A DNA stretch of 64,000 bases from Patescibacteria group bacterium (GTDB lineage Bacteria > Patescibacteriota > Patescibacteriia > UBA2591 > UBA4787), in assembly GCA_028715115.1 (NCBI GenBank), contig JAQUSN010000002.1, forward strand, positions 132,944 to 196,943, written 5' to 3'. Position 1 is the first letter of the stretch. Every line of letters starts with the position of its first letter. Below the pieces are notes generated by a model that searched no databases, was not told where the DNA came from, and saw nothing but the letters and a program-made list of their open reading frames with translations. Both the position numbers and the translations under genes were made by a program. Below are positions 38,517 through 48,401 of this stretch, piece after piece.

Positions 38517-39697
38517 TGATGGCGAACAACATTTAAAAATGCCAGGAATTCATTCGCCCTTGAACTTGAATTAGTTTTTTTCATTAATTGTTGATAAGTA
38601 TTTTTAAAATCACTATATAATTCACAGTTGGCACAGGCGGGATAACTTCGTAGATTTACGGGGTTTGTTTTTTTTCTAAATTCAGCATATTTTACATTAT
38701 TCCAAATTTTAGAAAATTTTTCTTTATGAATGTTTCCCATACGATATTGTCGCCTTTTAGCGTCAAAAGCATCACCTCTGGTATCGTAATATAAATACAT
38801 ACAAGGAAACACAAATCCGTGGGCGTCAACCAGAGAATACATATAACACTTAAAGCAGGGCACAGGGTAATCTAAAAATAAATTTTTAACTCTCAGTCCG
38901 CGTCCATCATAATCTTTTCCCAGTTTTCCCTTTACCAGCATGTCGATAAATGGCGTAATATCCAATCGTTTGTCATTTTTAAAATTTTTAAGGAATTTTT
39001 TAATAAGAGGATAGTCTGATTTTAAGACGTTTAATCTTGGTTCTTCATGAATAGCCTCTATTCTTACTTCGTCTACGCCGAGTTTCTTGGCCAGACCTGA
39101 TAAGTGCGCAAGATCTTTGACATTATCTTTTTGTAAAACAAAATTAATTCTTATTTTAGTCTTATTGCTCGGTTTTTCTTTTCTAGATTTATTTAGTTCT
39201 TTTATAGATTTTATCACTTTATCAAACATGCCCGGTACACCCCTTATTTTATCATGTGTTTCTTTGGTAACGCCATCGACAGAAAAGCAGACATTGGCAT
39301 TATTTTTAACTAAACTTTTAATTATCGCTTTATTAAGATTAGTTCCGTTGGTATATGGAGCGGCCTCTAGGCCTAGAGTAGTGAGATGGTCAATTAATTC
39401 GGTAAAATCTTTTCTTAACGTAGGTTCTCCGCCGGAGAGAACAACGATTTTTGTTCCCATCTTTTTAACCTCAGTAAAAAGATTCTTTAATTCGCTAGTG
39501 GTTAGATCGCTGCCGGATTTTTTATAAGTTGACCATCGCCACCTTTTACACATTTGACAACGAGAATTGCATGTGTTAGTTATTTCAACCTGAAAGAGAA
39601 GGGGACCCAAAAAATTATGCAAATCATTAGATCTATAATGACATCTAAGTTGCTTTATAAAATTAGCATTAACATTTTTTTTAAATTTTATCGTCAT
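38513..39697 (-). CDS. Radical SAM protein with SPASM/twitch domain
   Basis: CNSRCQMC, SGGEP, C-terminal C...G.VFPC...GNI...CANC. Confidence 0.9.
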   Translation of the reverse strand: MTIKFKKNVNANFIKQLRCHYRSNDLHNFLGPLLFQVEITNTCNSRCQMCKRWRWSTYKKSGSDLTTSELKNLFTEVKKMGTKIVVLSGGEPTLRKDFTELIDHLTTLGLEAAPYTNGTNLNKAIIKSLVKNNANVCFSVDGVTKETHDKIRGVPGMFDKVIKSIKELNKSRKEKPSNKTKIRINFVLQKDNVKDLAHLSGLAKKLGVDEVRIEAIHEEPRLNVLKSDYPLIKKFLKNFKNDKRLDITPFIDMLVKGKLGKDYDGRGLRVKNLFLDYPVPCFKCYMYSLVDAHGFVFPCMYLYYDTRGDAFDAKRRQYRMGNIHKEKFSKIWNNVKYAEFRKKTNPVNLRSYPACANCELYSDFKNTYQQLMKKTNSSSRANEFLAFLNVVRHH

Positions 39698-39704
39698 ATA
39701 TTTA

Positions 39705-40507
39705 TTAAAGCTTTTTAATTACAAGTAAAATATGACGGCCAGAACCTAAAATACTTTTTTCGGTACATGTATTTATCTCCAAGTCTATTAAGGCTTGCCA
39801 GTTTTTTTTAGATTTTTTTATTTTTGATAAATTTAATATTTCTATCTCAGAGCTGATGCCAGGAATAGTGGCCGTTTCTAATATTTTACAATTTAGTTTC
39901 GTAAAAAGATTAGTAAATTCATTAACGGTAAGTAGGCCTGTTTCAAATCCTTCGTGAAATTCTTTTGCTTTGCCGGTTTTAAATAGCTTTTTAGCACTAG
40001 AGATATCATCGTTCATTATATAGGCCCTTAGAAACCCCAGCTTACTATCAGCGCTAACGATCAATTTTCCATTGCGTTTTGTTACTCTAATCAACTCTTT
40101 TGCAGCGATACGCCTTTTTTCTAATGTATAAGAGATAGAATCTCCTAGACAGATAACAAAGTCAAAAGTATTATTTTTAAAACGACTTAAGTCAACAATG
40201 TCTCCTAACTCAAGCTGCACCTTTTTTAGTAAATGATTTTTTGTTATATTTTTTTCGCGATTGTTAGGCACTTATCAGAGATATCGAACAATATCACGTT
40301 TAAATTTTTTTTAGCCATTAAAATCGTATTATAACCCGTCCCACCTCCGGCATCGAGGACTAAACCAGTTTTGGGTATATATTTATTAATAAAATATCTA
40401 GGCAAAATAACCCTAAGAGAGCGGTCGTCTTGTTCGTCTTTATTTTCAGAGCAAGCGTAATTGTTCCAAAATGATTTTACTTTTTGGGGGTTGTATTTTT
40501 TTGGCAT
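39705..40507 (-). pseudogene. Class I SAM methyltransferase split by a frameshift at an A7 run (40249-40255)
   Basis: N-part has LDAGGGTG, C-part has LGDIVDLSRF..FDFVICLGD; one added A joins them in frame. Confidence 0.8.
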
Positions 40508-40527
40508 AATGCTATAATTAATACTAT

Positions 40528-41412
40528 ATGGAACACCTCAATATATCTGTTATAATTGCGGTTTCCGACGACATTCTCATAAAAGAGTGCGTTGATAGTG
40601 TTGATGAAGACGTGGAAATAGTGATTGCTCTAAATGGAGCTACTTATGAAGTTGAAAAAATAGTAAAAAGTTTGAAAAACGTGAGATATGTCGAATTGCC
40701 GGAAAGAAATATCGGCAAGGCAAATAATTTAGCTATTAGCGCCGCTACGAATCAGCGGCTTATTTTTATGGATTCAGATTGTGTATTTACTCCCGGATCA
40801 ATCAGAAAATTATATTTTGGACTTGATGATTATAAAATAGCTAAGGGCAGAGTTCTATTTAAGCACAAAAATTTTGAGACGCGACTTGTAGCAAAAACCA
40901 GAGAAGTGAACACAACCACCGAACTTACAGCCTTTAAACCATGTCTTGCTATCAGAAAAGATTTAATTAACGATGTTGGTTATATCTTTGATGATGATAT
41001 ACATTTTCGAGAAGATTACGATTTGACCTGCCGTGTATTTGCAAAAAAGATACCTATAAAATTTGTGCCAGAAGCTAGCGTCTACCATACGCCGCTTCCT
41101 GTTTATTATGATTTAAGAAGCTCGTTTCGATATGGTTGCGGCCATCGAATTGGCATAAAAGAAGGTGTCCTTAAGGGATCATTGTTGTGGGGTGGCGATA
41201 AAAGTATTACAAATAGCTTATTATTGGATGCTAAAAGAATTTTTTATTGCCCAAGATATTTATTAAAGATAAAACGAACGAAGGGTGTTTTGGTGAGCCT
41301 GTATTCGATCATCTGGATGGCGAGCTTTACGTTGGGGTATTATTGTCAGGAAATGTTTAAGGTTTTTAAGGTTGAAGCGAAAAAATTATACAGACCTTGC
41401 AAGAATGTCTAG
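40528..41412 (+). CDS. Glycosyltransferase family 2
   Basis: ISVIIAV, FMDSDC, EDYDL. Confidence 0.88.
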   Translation: MEHLNISVIIAVSDDILIKECVDSVDEDVEIVIALNGATYEVEKIVKSLKNVRYVELPERNIGKANNLAISAATNQRLIFMDSDCVFTPGSIRKLYFGLDDYKIAKGRVLFKHKNFETRLVAKTREVNTTTELTAFKPCLAIRKDLINDVGYIFDDDIHFREDYDLTCRVFAKKIPIKFVPEASVYHTPLPVYYDLRSSFRYGCGHRIGIKEGVLKGSLLWGGDKSITNSLLLDAKRIFYCPRYLLKIKRTKGVLVSLYSIIWMASFTLGYYCQEMFKVFKVEAKKLYRPCKNV

Positions 41413-42579
41413 CCCCTCTTTAGCTGTTTTTTTATCAATATTTAGAGCAGGGAAGATAGTTAATTTATAAGGTCCACAATCAGAGATAAGAAGCCCATTT
41501 TTCTGGCAGTTTTTAACTATTTTAAGCGCATAATTCTTTTTATTAAATTCTATTCCAATAGCCAGTCCGGCAATTCTAATATTAGCCGGATATTTAAATT
41601 TCATTTCTTTTAATCTTTTAAAGAAATATTTATTCATTTTATCAACATTTTTAAATAATTGTTTTTTGTTATTTAAAATTATTTTTATATTTTTTAAGGC
41701 TAAATATACGCTCAAAGGGTGCCAACCAAACGTTGAGTAATAGCCGGTATTAAAATCAGAGACTGACTTAGCGATATTTTTAGTCATAATAGTCGCTCCT
41801 AATGGTCCGTAACCGCCACCGATTGCCTTGGCCATACATAATATATCTGGCTTTAGGTTATAATGCTCTGAAGCAAATAATTTGCCGGTTCTGCCAAAGC
41901 CGGTGGCGACTTCGTCGGCAATAAACAGGGTACCATATTTTTTACAAGCTTTTTGTACTATTTTATAGAATTCTTTTTCGGGAATCTCGACGCCTAAGTT
42001 CATGATGATTGGCTCAGAAATAAATGCGGCTACGTCTCTTTTTTTTAGTAATTTTTCGATTTGCTTTCCGGCCTTAGCGTTTAGGGGAGGGCTAATTTTA
42101 TAGCATTGCGGCATAAGATTTTTGTAGTACTTTCTAAATTTTGACGATCCAACACTCATAGCACCGATAGAATGTCCGTGATAAGCTCCTTCGATAGATA
42201 TAAATTTTTTTCTTTTTGTATAGGTCATGGCCGCTTGTATGGCAATTTCTACTGCTTCGGTTCCTCCGGTACAGCGAAAAGTTTTTACTAATTTTCCCGG
42301 TGTTATTTTAGCTAAAATTTCTGCTAGTTCAATCCAAGGTTTGTATAAATAATAAGGATTAACATAAAATGGCTCTTTAAATTTTTTAACCGCCTTTAAA
42401 ATTTCTTTTTTATTCCACCCAATATTACCGACGCACCAACCCATTAAAAAGTCTATATATTTTTTATGATTTTTATCATATAAAAAAGAATCCTCTGATT
42501 TAATAATTTCAAGAGGATTTAGAGGAGAGACTCTTCCCAAATATAGGCTATCCTTGCGTATTAAAGCCCCAGAGTTCAT
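41386..42579 (-). CDS. Class III PLP-dependent aminotransferase
   Basis: GTEAVE, YHG, FIADEVATGFGRTG, PDILCMAKAIGGG; ATG at 42579 preferred over 42600. Confidence 0.92.
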   Translation of the reverse strand: MNSGALIRKDSLYLGRVSPLNPLEIIKSEDSFLYDKNHKKYIDFLMGWCVGNIGWNKKEILKAVKKFKEPFYVNPYYLYKPWIELAEILAKITPGKLVKTFRCTGGTEAVEIAIQAAMTYTKRKKFISIEGAYHGHSIGAMSVGSSKFRKYYKNLMPQCYKISPPLNAKAGKQIEKLLKKRDVAAFISEPIIMNLGVEIPEKEFYKIVQKACKKYGTLFIADEVATGFGRTGKLFASEHYNLKPDILCMAKAIGGGYGPLGATIMTKNIAKSVSDFNTGYYSTFGWHPLSVYLALKNIKIILNNKKQLFKNVDKMNKYFFKRLKEMKFKYPANIRIAGLAIGIEFNKKNYALKIVKNCQKNGLLISDCGPYKLTIFPALNIDKKTAKEGLDILARSV

Positions 42580-42668
42580 ATGTGGATAATTATAGCACAA
42601 TCTTTCATTTTTGCAATAGAAGGGGTATAATCATAATATATTATATTTAAGATGTTTTAAAATATGTT

Positions 42669-43550
42669 ATGACTAAGAAGATATTAATCGTGGTTTTGAT
42701 TTTATTTGCCGTTGGGGTTGCTTTTACGATTTTAACTAGGTATTTTGCCGTTCCTAAGCAAAATGATAGTGTGGTTGTCGGCGGAGATCGCGACGCTCAT
42801 GGCTGTATTGGTTCGGCTGGTTATTCTTGGTGCGAGGTAAAACAAAAATGTCTTCGCCCGTTCGAAGAATTTTGCGCTGATAAAATGACCGAAATGCTGG
42901 GTGGCGCTGAAGAAACCTCGAATATCAAATTTACTTTACGAGGTGAAGAAAATTTTAATTGGCTGGTCAAAGATGAAAATGTTTGGGCAACCGAAACGCT
43001 AAGTGGCTTGGTATATCAAGCTCAAGGAGTGAAAATGACTGATTATAATAAAATCGAAAAATTTATCGATGACAATTATAAAGTTGATAATAATAACGCG
43101 GCTGATGGTGTGGGCGCCGGCCAACGCGGCTTTATTATGGATTATTCAGTTTGTTTATTAAGTTTTCGGGCCGGGCAGATAAAACAAATCATAAATGCGC
43201 CAAGCGAACCGATAATGGATGATTTAAACGTGACGATTACTTGCGGCTATTTTAATCCTAATAACGCGACAGGAATTTCTATTGGCCAACAAGTGCAGCA
43301 GATTTTAGCCGCTAAATACAAAAAATTTGCAGCTGATGTAGCGATTAGCGTAGTTAGATTTACTGATTCATACGCGGCTGGCGGTGTGACCTTTTCGCAA
43401 ACCAACGGAGAGGGCGGACTTTTCCTGGCTATGAAAAAAGACGGAGCGTGGCAAGTGGTTTATGATGGCAACGGCAGCATTGATTGCCAAAAAATGAGAC
43501 AAGAATATGGTTTTCCGGATCAGATTCTTAAGCCAAACTTTTGCGATTAA
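42669..43550 (+). CDS. Secreted/membrane-anchored hypothetical protein
   Basis: Signal anchor; VGGDRDAHGCIGSAGYSWC Cys motif. Confidence 0.8.
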   Translation: MTKKILIVVLILFAVGVAFTILTRYFAVPKQNDSVVVGGDRDAHGCIGSAGYSWCEVKQKCLRPFEEFCADKMTEMLGGAEETSNIKFTLRGEENFNWLVKDENVWATETLSGLVYQAQGVKMTDYNKIEKFIDDNYKVDNNNAADGVGAGQRGFIMDYSVCLLSFRAGQIKQIINAPSEPIMDDLNVTITCGYFNPNNATGISIGQQVQQILAAKYKKFAADVAISVVRFTDSYAAGGVTFSQTNGEGGLFLAMKKDGAWQVVYDGNGSIDCQKMRQEYGFPDQILKPNFCD

Positions 43551-43592
43551 AATTCATAAAATATCAATATTTTTAAGTTAAAATAGGGGAGT

Positions 43593-44213
43593 ATGAAAAG
43601 GTCAAGCGTCATCTTCATAATCGCTGCTTTATTAATATTAGTCGCGTCATTTGCCTTGTTGTTTTGGAATTCAAAGAGCACTATAGTCCAATGCACCATG
43701 GAAGCAAAATTATGCCCGGATGGTTCTTATGTTGGACGAATCGGGCCGAATTGCGAATTCGAACCGTGTCCTGATGAAAACAACCCCGATGATTTATGGA
43801 AGACGACCACGGATAGTGCTACGGGTATAACTTTTAAATATCCGGAAGCTTTATTGACTCAGTATATAGGTGTAGTAGATTGGCCGCCGAAAATCCAAGT
43901 AGTAAATGAATCATTTTCTTGCACCGAAGCCGGTAATGAAATTATGTCAGGCGGTTTAACACAAAAAAGAATAGTTGATAACCGTACTTATTGCGTGACC
44001 AAAGAAAGCGGAGCTGCAGCTGGCACGACCTATACTAATTATGCTTATGCATTTGCGCATAATAAGCAAACCATAATTTTAACTTTTAGTTTACGCGCCC
44101 CCAATTGCGATAATTACGAAGATCCGCAAAAAACCGCCTGCAAAAACGAGCAACAAGCTTTTGATTTAGATAGTTTAATCGATCGCATCGCTTTAAGCAT
44201 GGAATTTAAATAA
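43593..44213 (+). CDS. Secreted/membrane-anchored hypothetical protein
   Basis: Signal anchor; CTMEAKLCPDGSYVGRIGPNCEFEPCP motif. Confidence 0.8.
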   Translation: MKRSSVIFIIAALLILVASFALLFWNSKSTIVQCTMEAKLCPDGSYVGRIGPNCEFEPCPDENNPDDLWKTTTDSATGITFKYPEALLTQYIGVVDWPPKIQVVNESFSCTEAGNEIMSGGLTQKRIVDNRTYCVTKESGAAAGTTYTNYAYAFAHNKQTIILTFSLRAPNCDNYEDPQKTACKNEQQAFDLDSLIDRIALSMEFK

Positions 44214-44214
44214 T

Positions 44215-44853
44215 ATGAAAACAAAACTCAGTAATTTAATTTTTATCATCATTATTCTCGCTTCTATTGTGGTGGGCGTGTGGGCATATTCGCGACTGCC
44301 GAGCGTTATTGCCACGCACTGGAACGCGGCCGGCCAGGTAGATGGTTATATGAGTAAGTTTTGGGGAATATTTTTAACCCCGATAATAATGATATTCATG
44401 TTTATTTTGTATTTAGTTATTCCCAAAATAGATCCGTTAAAAACCAATATCGCGTCATTCGGAAAATATTATAATTTATTTTGGATTTTATTCGAAGTAT
44501 TTCTACTTTATATTTATGTTTTGCAATTAGGTTGGAATTTTGGTTGGCAGTTTAATTTTTCCGTCATGATTATTCCCGCCTTTGCTTTTCTCTGGTATTT
44601 TTTGGGCGCGTTTTTACCCAAAGCAAAACGCAATTGGTTTTTCGGCATTCGCAATCCCTGGACGCTTTCGAGCGACGTAGTTTGGGAAAAGACCCATCGT
44701 TTGGCCGGAGCGTTTTTTAAGGCTGCAGCTCTAATCTCACTTATCGGATTTTTCTTTCCAAGCAGTTCGATTTTTTTCGTGATAATACCGGTTTTAGCAT
44801 TTGCCATCGCCACATTTATTTATTCATATGTGCAATTTAAAAAATTAAAATAA
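44215..44853 (+). CDS. SdpI family immunity membrane protein (DUF1648 + SdpI)
   Basis: IATHWNAAGQVDG; NWFFGIRNPWTLSSDVVWEKTHR. Confidence 0.9.
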   Translation: MKTKLSNLIFIIIILASIVVGVWAYSRLPSVIATHWNAAGQVDGYMSKFWGIFLTPIIMIFMFILYLVIPKIDPLKTNIASFGKYYNLFWILFEVFLLYIYVLQLGWNFGWQFNFSVMIIPAFAFLWYFLGAFLPKAKRNWFFGIRNPWTLSSDVVWEKTHRLAGAFFKAAALISLIGFFFPSSSIFFVIIPVLAFAIATFIYSYVQFKKLK

Positions 44854-44877
44854 GAACGATATACTTATATAAGAAGC

Positions 44878-44904
44878 AAAAACGAACCGAATTGGTTCGT
44901 TTTT
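44878..44904. terminator. Bidirectional terminator
   Basis: aaaaacgaacc-gaatt-ggttcgttttt. Confidence 0.7.
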
Positions 44905-44964
44905 ATATAAGCAAACCCCCCGACCAAACGTCGAGGGGGTGCACGTAAGTGCATTGAACCTCCT

Positions 44965-45174
44965 TTAGCTCTGAAATGTTATCTTGCGCCAGGTTATCCT
45001 GACGAGCGTGACCGGTATCAGAACGGCTATCGTGGCATAGAACCGGAGTCGTTTGAGCGCCTTGTCCATCCATTCGGCAATTACCACCATCAGCCAGATG
45101 ATGAGCTTGCCCAGTTCAGCAGACTCAGCGCTCGACGGTCCGTAGGGATCGGTGGGCGAGAAGTCGTTGTTCAT
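44965..45174 (-). CDS. Small GC-rich orphan membrane protein
   Basis: AGGAG SD, TTGACT-17-TATATT promoter, downstream hairpin at 44915-44940. Confidence 0.65.
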   Translation of the reverse strand: MNNDFSPTDPYGPSSAESAELGKLIIWLMVVIAEWMDKALKRLRFYATIAVLIPVTLVRITWRKITFQS

Positions 45175-45192
45175 AATAACTCCTATATAATA

Positions 45193-45251
45193 AATATAGC
45201 ATATTTTTTACACTTAGTCAATATTGACAAAAACTAAAAATATGCTATATT
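45193..45251. promoter_or_regulatory. Back-to-back divergent sigma70 promoters forming a palindrome
   Basis: aatatagcatattttt/aaaaatatgctatatt arms around gtcaatattgac. Confidence 0.75.
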
Positions 45252-45276
45252 AAAAATAACCTTAAAGGAGGTTCGT

Positions 45277-45654
45277 ATGTTCGAACGTGCAGATTCCGGA
45301 AGCGGTCATCGTTTCCCCGAACCGCCCGAGCCGGCAGAAAACTTCCGCTGGTTCATGGAAGCCAGCCATGCCCACCGCGTCCTACCGATCCGCGTAGTCG
45401 GTGGCCCCCTGAAGTCCCTTAACGGTGACGGGCTCTTGAGCCTTGAGTTCGCTCTGGCCCGCAGAAGCGGCCGCCGGAATGAGCCCATGGTCGCCGAGAT
45501 CCACGTCCTCAGTCACGAGCAGGTTACCGACAGCATGATGTCGGTAATCGGTCCGGTAGTCGCCGTTGACGGTTTGCGAACCGAGTCGCACCGGTCGGCG
45601 ACAATCACCTTCGATCACATCAAGCAGACGGGAACGTTGCGGTTTCTGCAGTAG
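45277..45654 (+). CDS. GC-rich orphan protein
   Basis: AAGGAGGT SD, own promoter and terminator. Confidence 0.7.
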   Translation: MFERADSGSGHRFPEPPEPAENFRWFMEASHAHRVLPIRVVGGPLKSLNGDGLLSLEFALARRSGRRNEPMVAEIHVLSHEQVTDSMMSVIGPVVAVDGLRTESHRSATITFDHIKQTGTLRFLQ

Positions 45655-45669
45655 AGTTCCCGAGCACCC

Positions 45670-45702
45670 GAGCGCCGAGGTCCTCTCGGCGCTCTTCTTT
45701 TT
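45670..45702 (+). terminator. Intrinsic terminator
   Basis: gagcgccgag-gtcct-ctcggcgctc then ttctttt. Confidence 0.78.
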
Positions 45703-45716
45703 ATATATTTTAAAAC

Positions 45717-46040
45717 AAAAAGAGAAGGCGAGCCGCAAAGAACTGCGGCTCGCCATGTAACGGGAGGGCGGACCTGCCCACAAACGGTCGACTTGACTTT
45801 GCTCCCCTTGCCCAAGTCAGTGGTCGACTGTCCGCCTCCTGGCGTACCCCGTGAAGTACATCGATTCAGTCAATCCTGGCACATATTTCCGTCACAGGAC
45901 TCGCAGTAGAGTGACAGAAAAGCGCGGGTCCTTCGTTCACCACGCCCCAAAGGAGGTTATACGATATAGGGACAGGATTTAACCGATGTACGGAAGGAAA
46001 CCCATTTAAGGGAAAAGGGACGCCAATAACACCTCCGATT
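45717..46040 (-). ncRNA. Candidate structured RNA or decayed GC-rich unit
   Basis: TTGACA-17-TATTAT at 46074-46046, terminator at 45727-45754, no intact SD-led ORF between. Confidence 0.4.
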
Positions 46041-46213
46041 GTGATATAATAGCAGAAAGGTAAAATTTTGTCAAGTCCCAAAGTGGCATTATAAGGTGGT
46101 TTTATTAACATTTAGTCAGAGCTAAACTTGATGATTTGCACATTAATGCTTCCAATTATTTAGTAAAATGGTATTATATATATTATTAGTTTAATCATTA
46201 AAAACATATAATT

Positions 46214-46681
46214 ATGAAAAAGGGCCAGGTCGTTATCTTTTTATTAACAATTATTGTCGCGCTAACCGGCAGTGTTATTACAGATTTAGGTATGAACTGG
46301 TACGGAATGATTAATTTGCCCAATTTTACGCCGCCAGGGGCTATGATTGGTCTTGTTTGGACGCTTATATTTATTTTAGCAATGGTTTCGGCGATGATTA
46401 TCTGGAGAAGAAAAGAATTTAGCAGAATTTATCGCCAACAAATAATGATTTTATTCGGCGTGAATGCATTTTTGAATATTTTTTGGAGTTTTTTATTTTT
46501 CTCTGCGCATAGTTTATATTTTTCTATTTGGGAAGCGGGGCTATTGGGTTTATCAGTATTGGCTCTAATTATATCTATTTGGCCAAAATCCAAGACAGCC
46601 GCCAGCTTATTAATTCCATATTTTCTTTGGGTTAGCTTTGCTACATATTTAACATATTCAGTTTGGTTATTAAATAAATAA
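46214..46681 (+). CDS. tspO: TspO/MBR family protein
   Basis: WY..INLPNFTPP...VWT, LNIFWSFLFF, LLIPYFLWVSFATYL. Confidence 0.92.
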   Translation: MKKGQVVIFLLTIIVALTGSVITDLGMNWYGMINLPNFTPPGAMIGLVWTLIFILAMVSAMIIWRRKEFSRIYRQQIMILFGVNAFLNIFWSFLFFSAHSLYFSIWEAGLLGLSVLALIISIWPKSKTAASLLIPYFLWVSFATYLTYSVWLLNK

Positions 46682-46762
46682 AAAAGATTGAGAACAATCT
46701 TTGTAAATAAAGGGCGGGACTCCGGTTAGGGAGCCCCGCTTTTGAAAGCCGAACGGCCGCGA

Positions 46763-47044
46763 TCAGGTTGTGGGCTTGGGGGCGGGGACCACGTGGGCCC
46801 AGAAGTTGCAGCCCAGAGGGTCGCCGATCATGAGTGCATCACCGCGCCCCGGCTTCTTCTCGGAGATCACGAGAAAGCCTGTTCCGTTGGGCGGAGGGGA
46901 GACCCACCTCTGGTTCGTCGGATCGAAGCCGACCATTGCCTCGGAATAGGCCGGGCTTATCTCGTGGGGTTGAGAGGGGATGACGGTGCCGTCAGCGGGG
47001 AAGACAACCGTTCCGCTTACCGGCGTAGTTGCGCCTTCGGTCAC
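46763..47044 (-). CDS. GC-rich Pro-rich orphan protein
   Basis: AAGGAGGT then GTG; TTGACA-16-TATATT promoter; hairpin at 46709-46743. Confidence 0.65.
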   Translation of the reverse strand: MTEGATTPVSGTVVFPADGTVIPSQPHEISPAYSEAMVGFDPTNQRWVSPPPNGTGFLVISEKKPGRGDALMIGDPLGCNFWAHVVPAPKPTT

Positions 47045-47197
47045 GAATACCTCCTTAGGGTAATGAATGTAGGGGACTTACTCGAACATTTATAATATAC
47101 AACTTTTATACATTTTGTCAAGATTACAGGTGAATTTTATTAACTTGACTTTTGACTAAAATCGTTTATAATATAAAACAACAGGAGGAATTACCGA

Positions 47198-47629
47198 ATG
47201 AAGTCATTGCTAACCGCAATCGTGATCGTGGTGGTAATAATCCTCCCGTCACGACTGGCGGCACAACCCGTTTCCCCGTGGTCCAAGGTCTGTCTGGAGA
47301 GCTCGTCCGACGAATGGAGCAGGTGCGAAAGATACACGCGCCTGATTGATTCGTCAGGATCATGGATTGTCATCAAGAGGACGCTTTCTCGCGATGGGAT
47401 ACTGGTTCTCGACGTTTCCTACCAGGCGAGTACCGACAGTATCAAGTGGGCATGTTATGATGTCTGTGATGATACGGTCAGCGGCACTGGTGACATTGAA
47501 GCGATCCTCGGCGACATCTACGACTACTGGCAGGATGGCGTCTTCGCAGACCTACCGATCGTGGTTCGTGGAGGGGTGTGGTCAATGATCGCCCCCTTCA
47601 AGCTATCGGAGGGCGAGCTTAGTGAGTAG
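47198..47629 (+). CDS. GC-rich secreted orphan protein
   Basis: AGGAGG SD, signal peptide, paired Cys; promoter 47145-47172, terminator 47634-47667. Confidence 0.72.
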   Translation: MKSLLTAIVIVVVIILPSRLAAQPVSPWSKVCLESSSDEWSRCERYTRLIDSSGSWIVIKRTLSRDGILVLDVSYQASTDSIKWACYDVCDDTVSGTGDIEAILGDIYDYWQDGVFADLPIVVRGGVWSMIAPFKLSEGELSE

Positions 47630-47745
47630 TATCGGCCGGGCATGGCGCGAAAGCGTCATTCCCGGCCTTATATTTTAATCCCCAGTCGCGATTGACAAAC
47701 TCGGTTTATGCTTCATAATTAAATATTAATTCGTGATTTCATTTA

Positions 47746-48378
47746 ATGAATAATCCAGAGACCATGATCATGGCCATCAAAAAAGAAATTTTATTTAAAG
47801 ATGGCTATTTTGAAGGATTTCGAGAGAAGAATATTCTCGATTATGAAGCCCAGATTTTAGCTAATTATAGTTATTATCAACGTACGGCCGTGGAGCATGA
47901 TAAAAATCTGAAACAGCCGATTGGTTACGCGGTCATAATTAATCCAAAATTAAAAAAAGTTTTCGCTTATCAACGCGCGAATAAAGAAAAAGAATATAGC
48001 GAAAAAAGATTATGGGGCCGTTGGTCTTGGGGTGTTGGCGGACATGTCGAGAAAGATGATTTAGAAAAAGGCAACCCCATTAGAATTAGCACCCTAAGAG
48101 AAGTGGAGGAAGAAGCTGGATTAAACGCCAAAGAACAAGATTTAGATATTTTGGGCTATATTAATAACGATACTGACGATGTAGGCAGCGTTCATATTGG
48201 TATTTTGTATGTTTTAAAAACAGACTTGGAAGAGTTTAAATCAACCAACCAGGAAATTATCACGAGCGGAATGAAAACAATTGAAGAATTGGAAGAAATT
48301 ATTAATTCACAGAATTATCAAGTTGAGGAATGGGCAAAAATATCTTGGCCGGTTATCAAAAATTATTTAAAAAATTAA
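47746..48378 (+). CDS. NUDIX-family phosphoesterase
   Basis: KQPIGY, GVGGHVE, REVEEEAG, VGSVHIG. Confidence 0.85.
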   Translation: MNNPETMIMAIKKEILFKDGYFEGFREKNILDYEAQILANYSYYQRTAVEHDKNLKQPIGYAVIINPKLKKVFAYQRANKEKEYSEKRLWGRWSWGVGGHVEKDDLEKGNPIRISTLREVEEEAGLNAKEQDLDILGYINNDTDDVGSVHIGILYVLKTDLEEFKSTNQEIITSGMKTIEELEEIINSQNYQVEEWAKISWPVIKNYLKN

Positions 48379-48401
48379 TTTGTAATGTAAATTTATAATA
48401 T

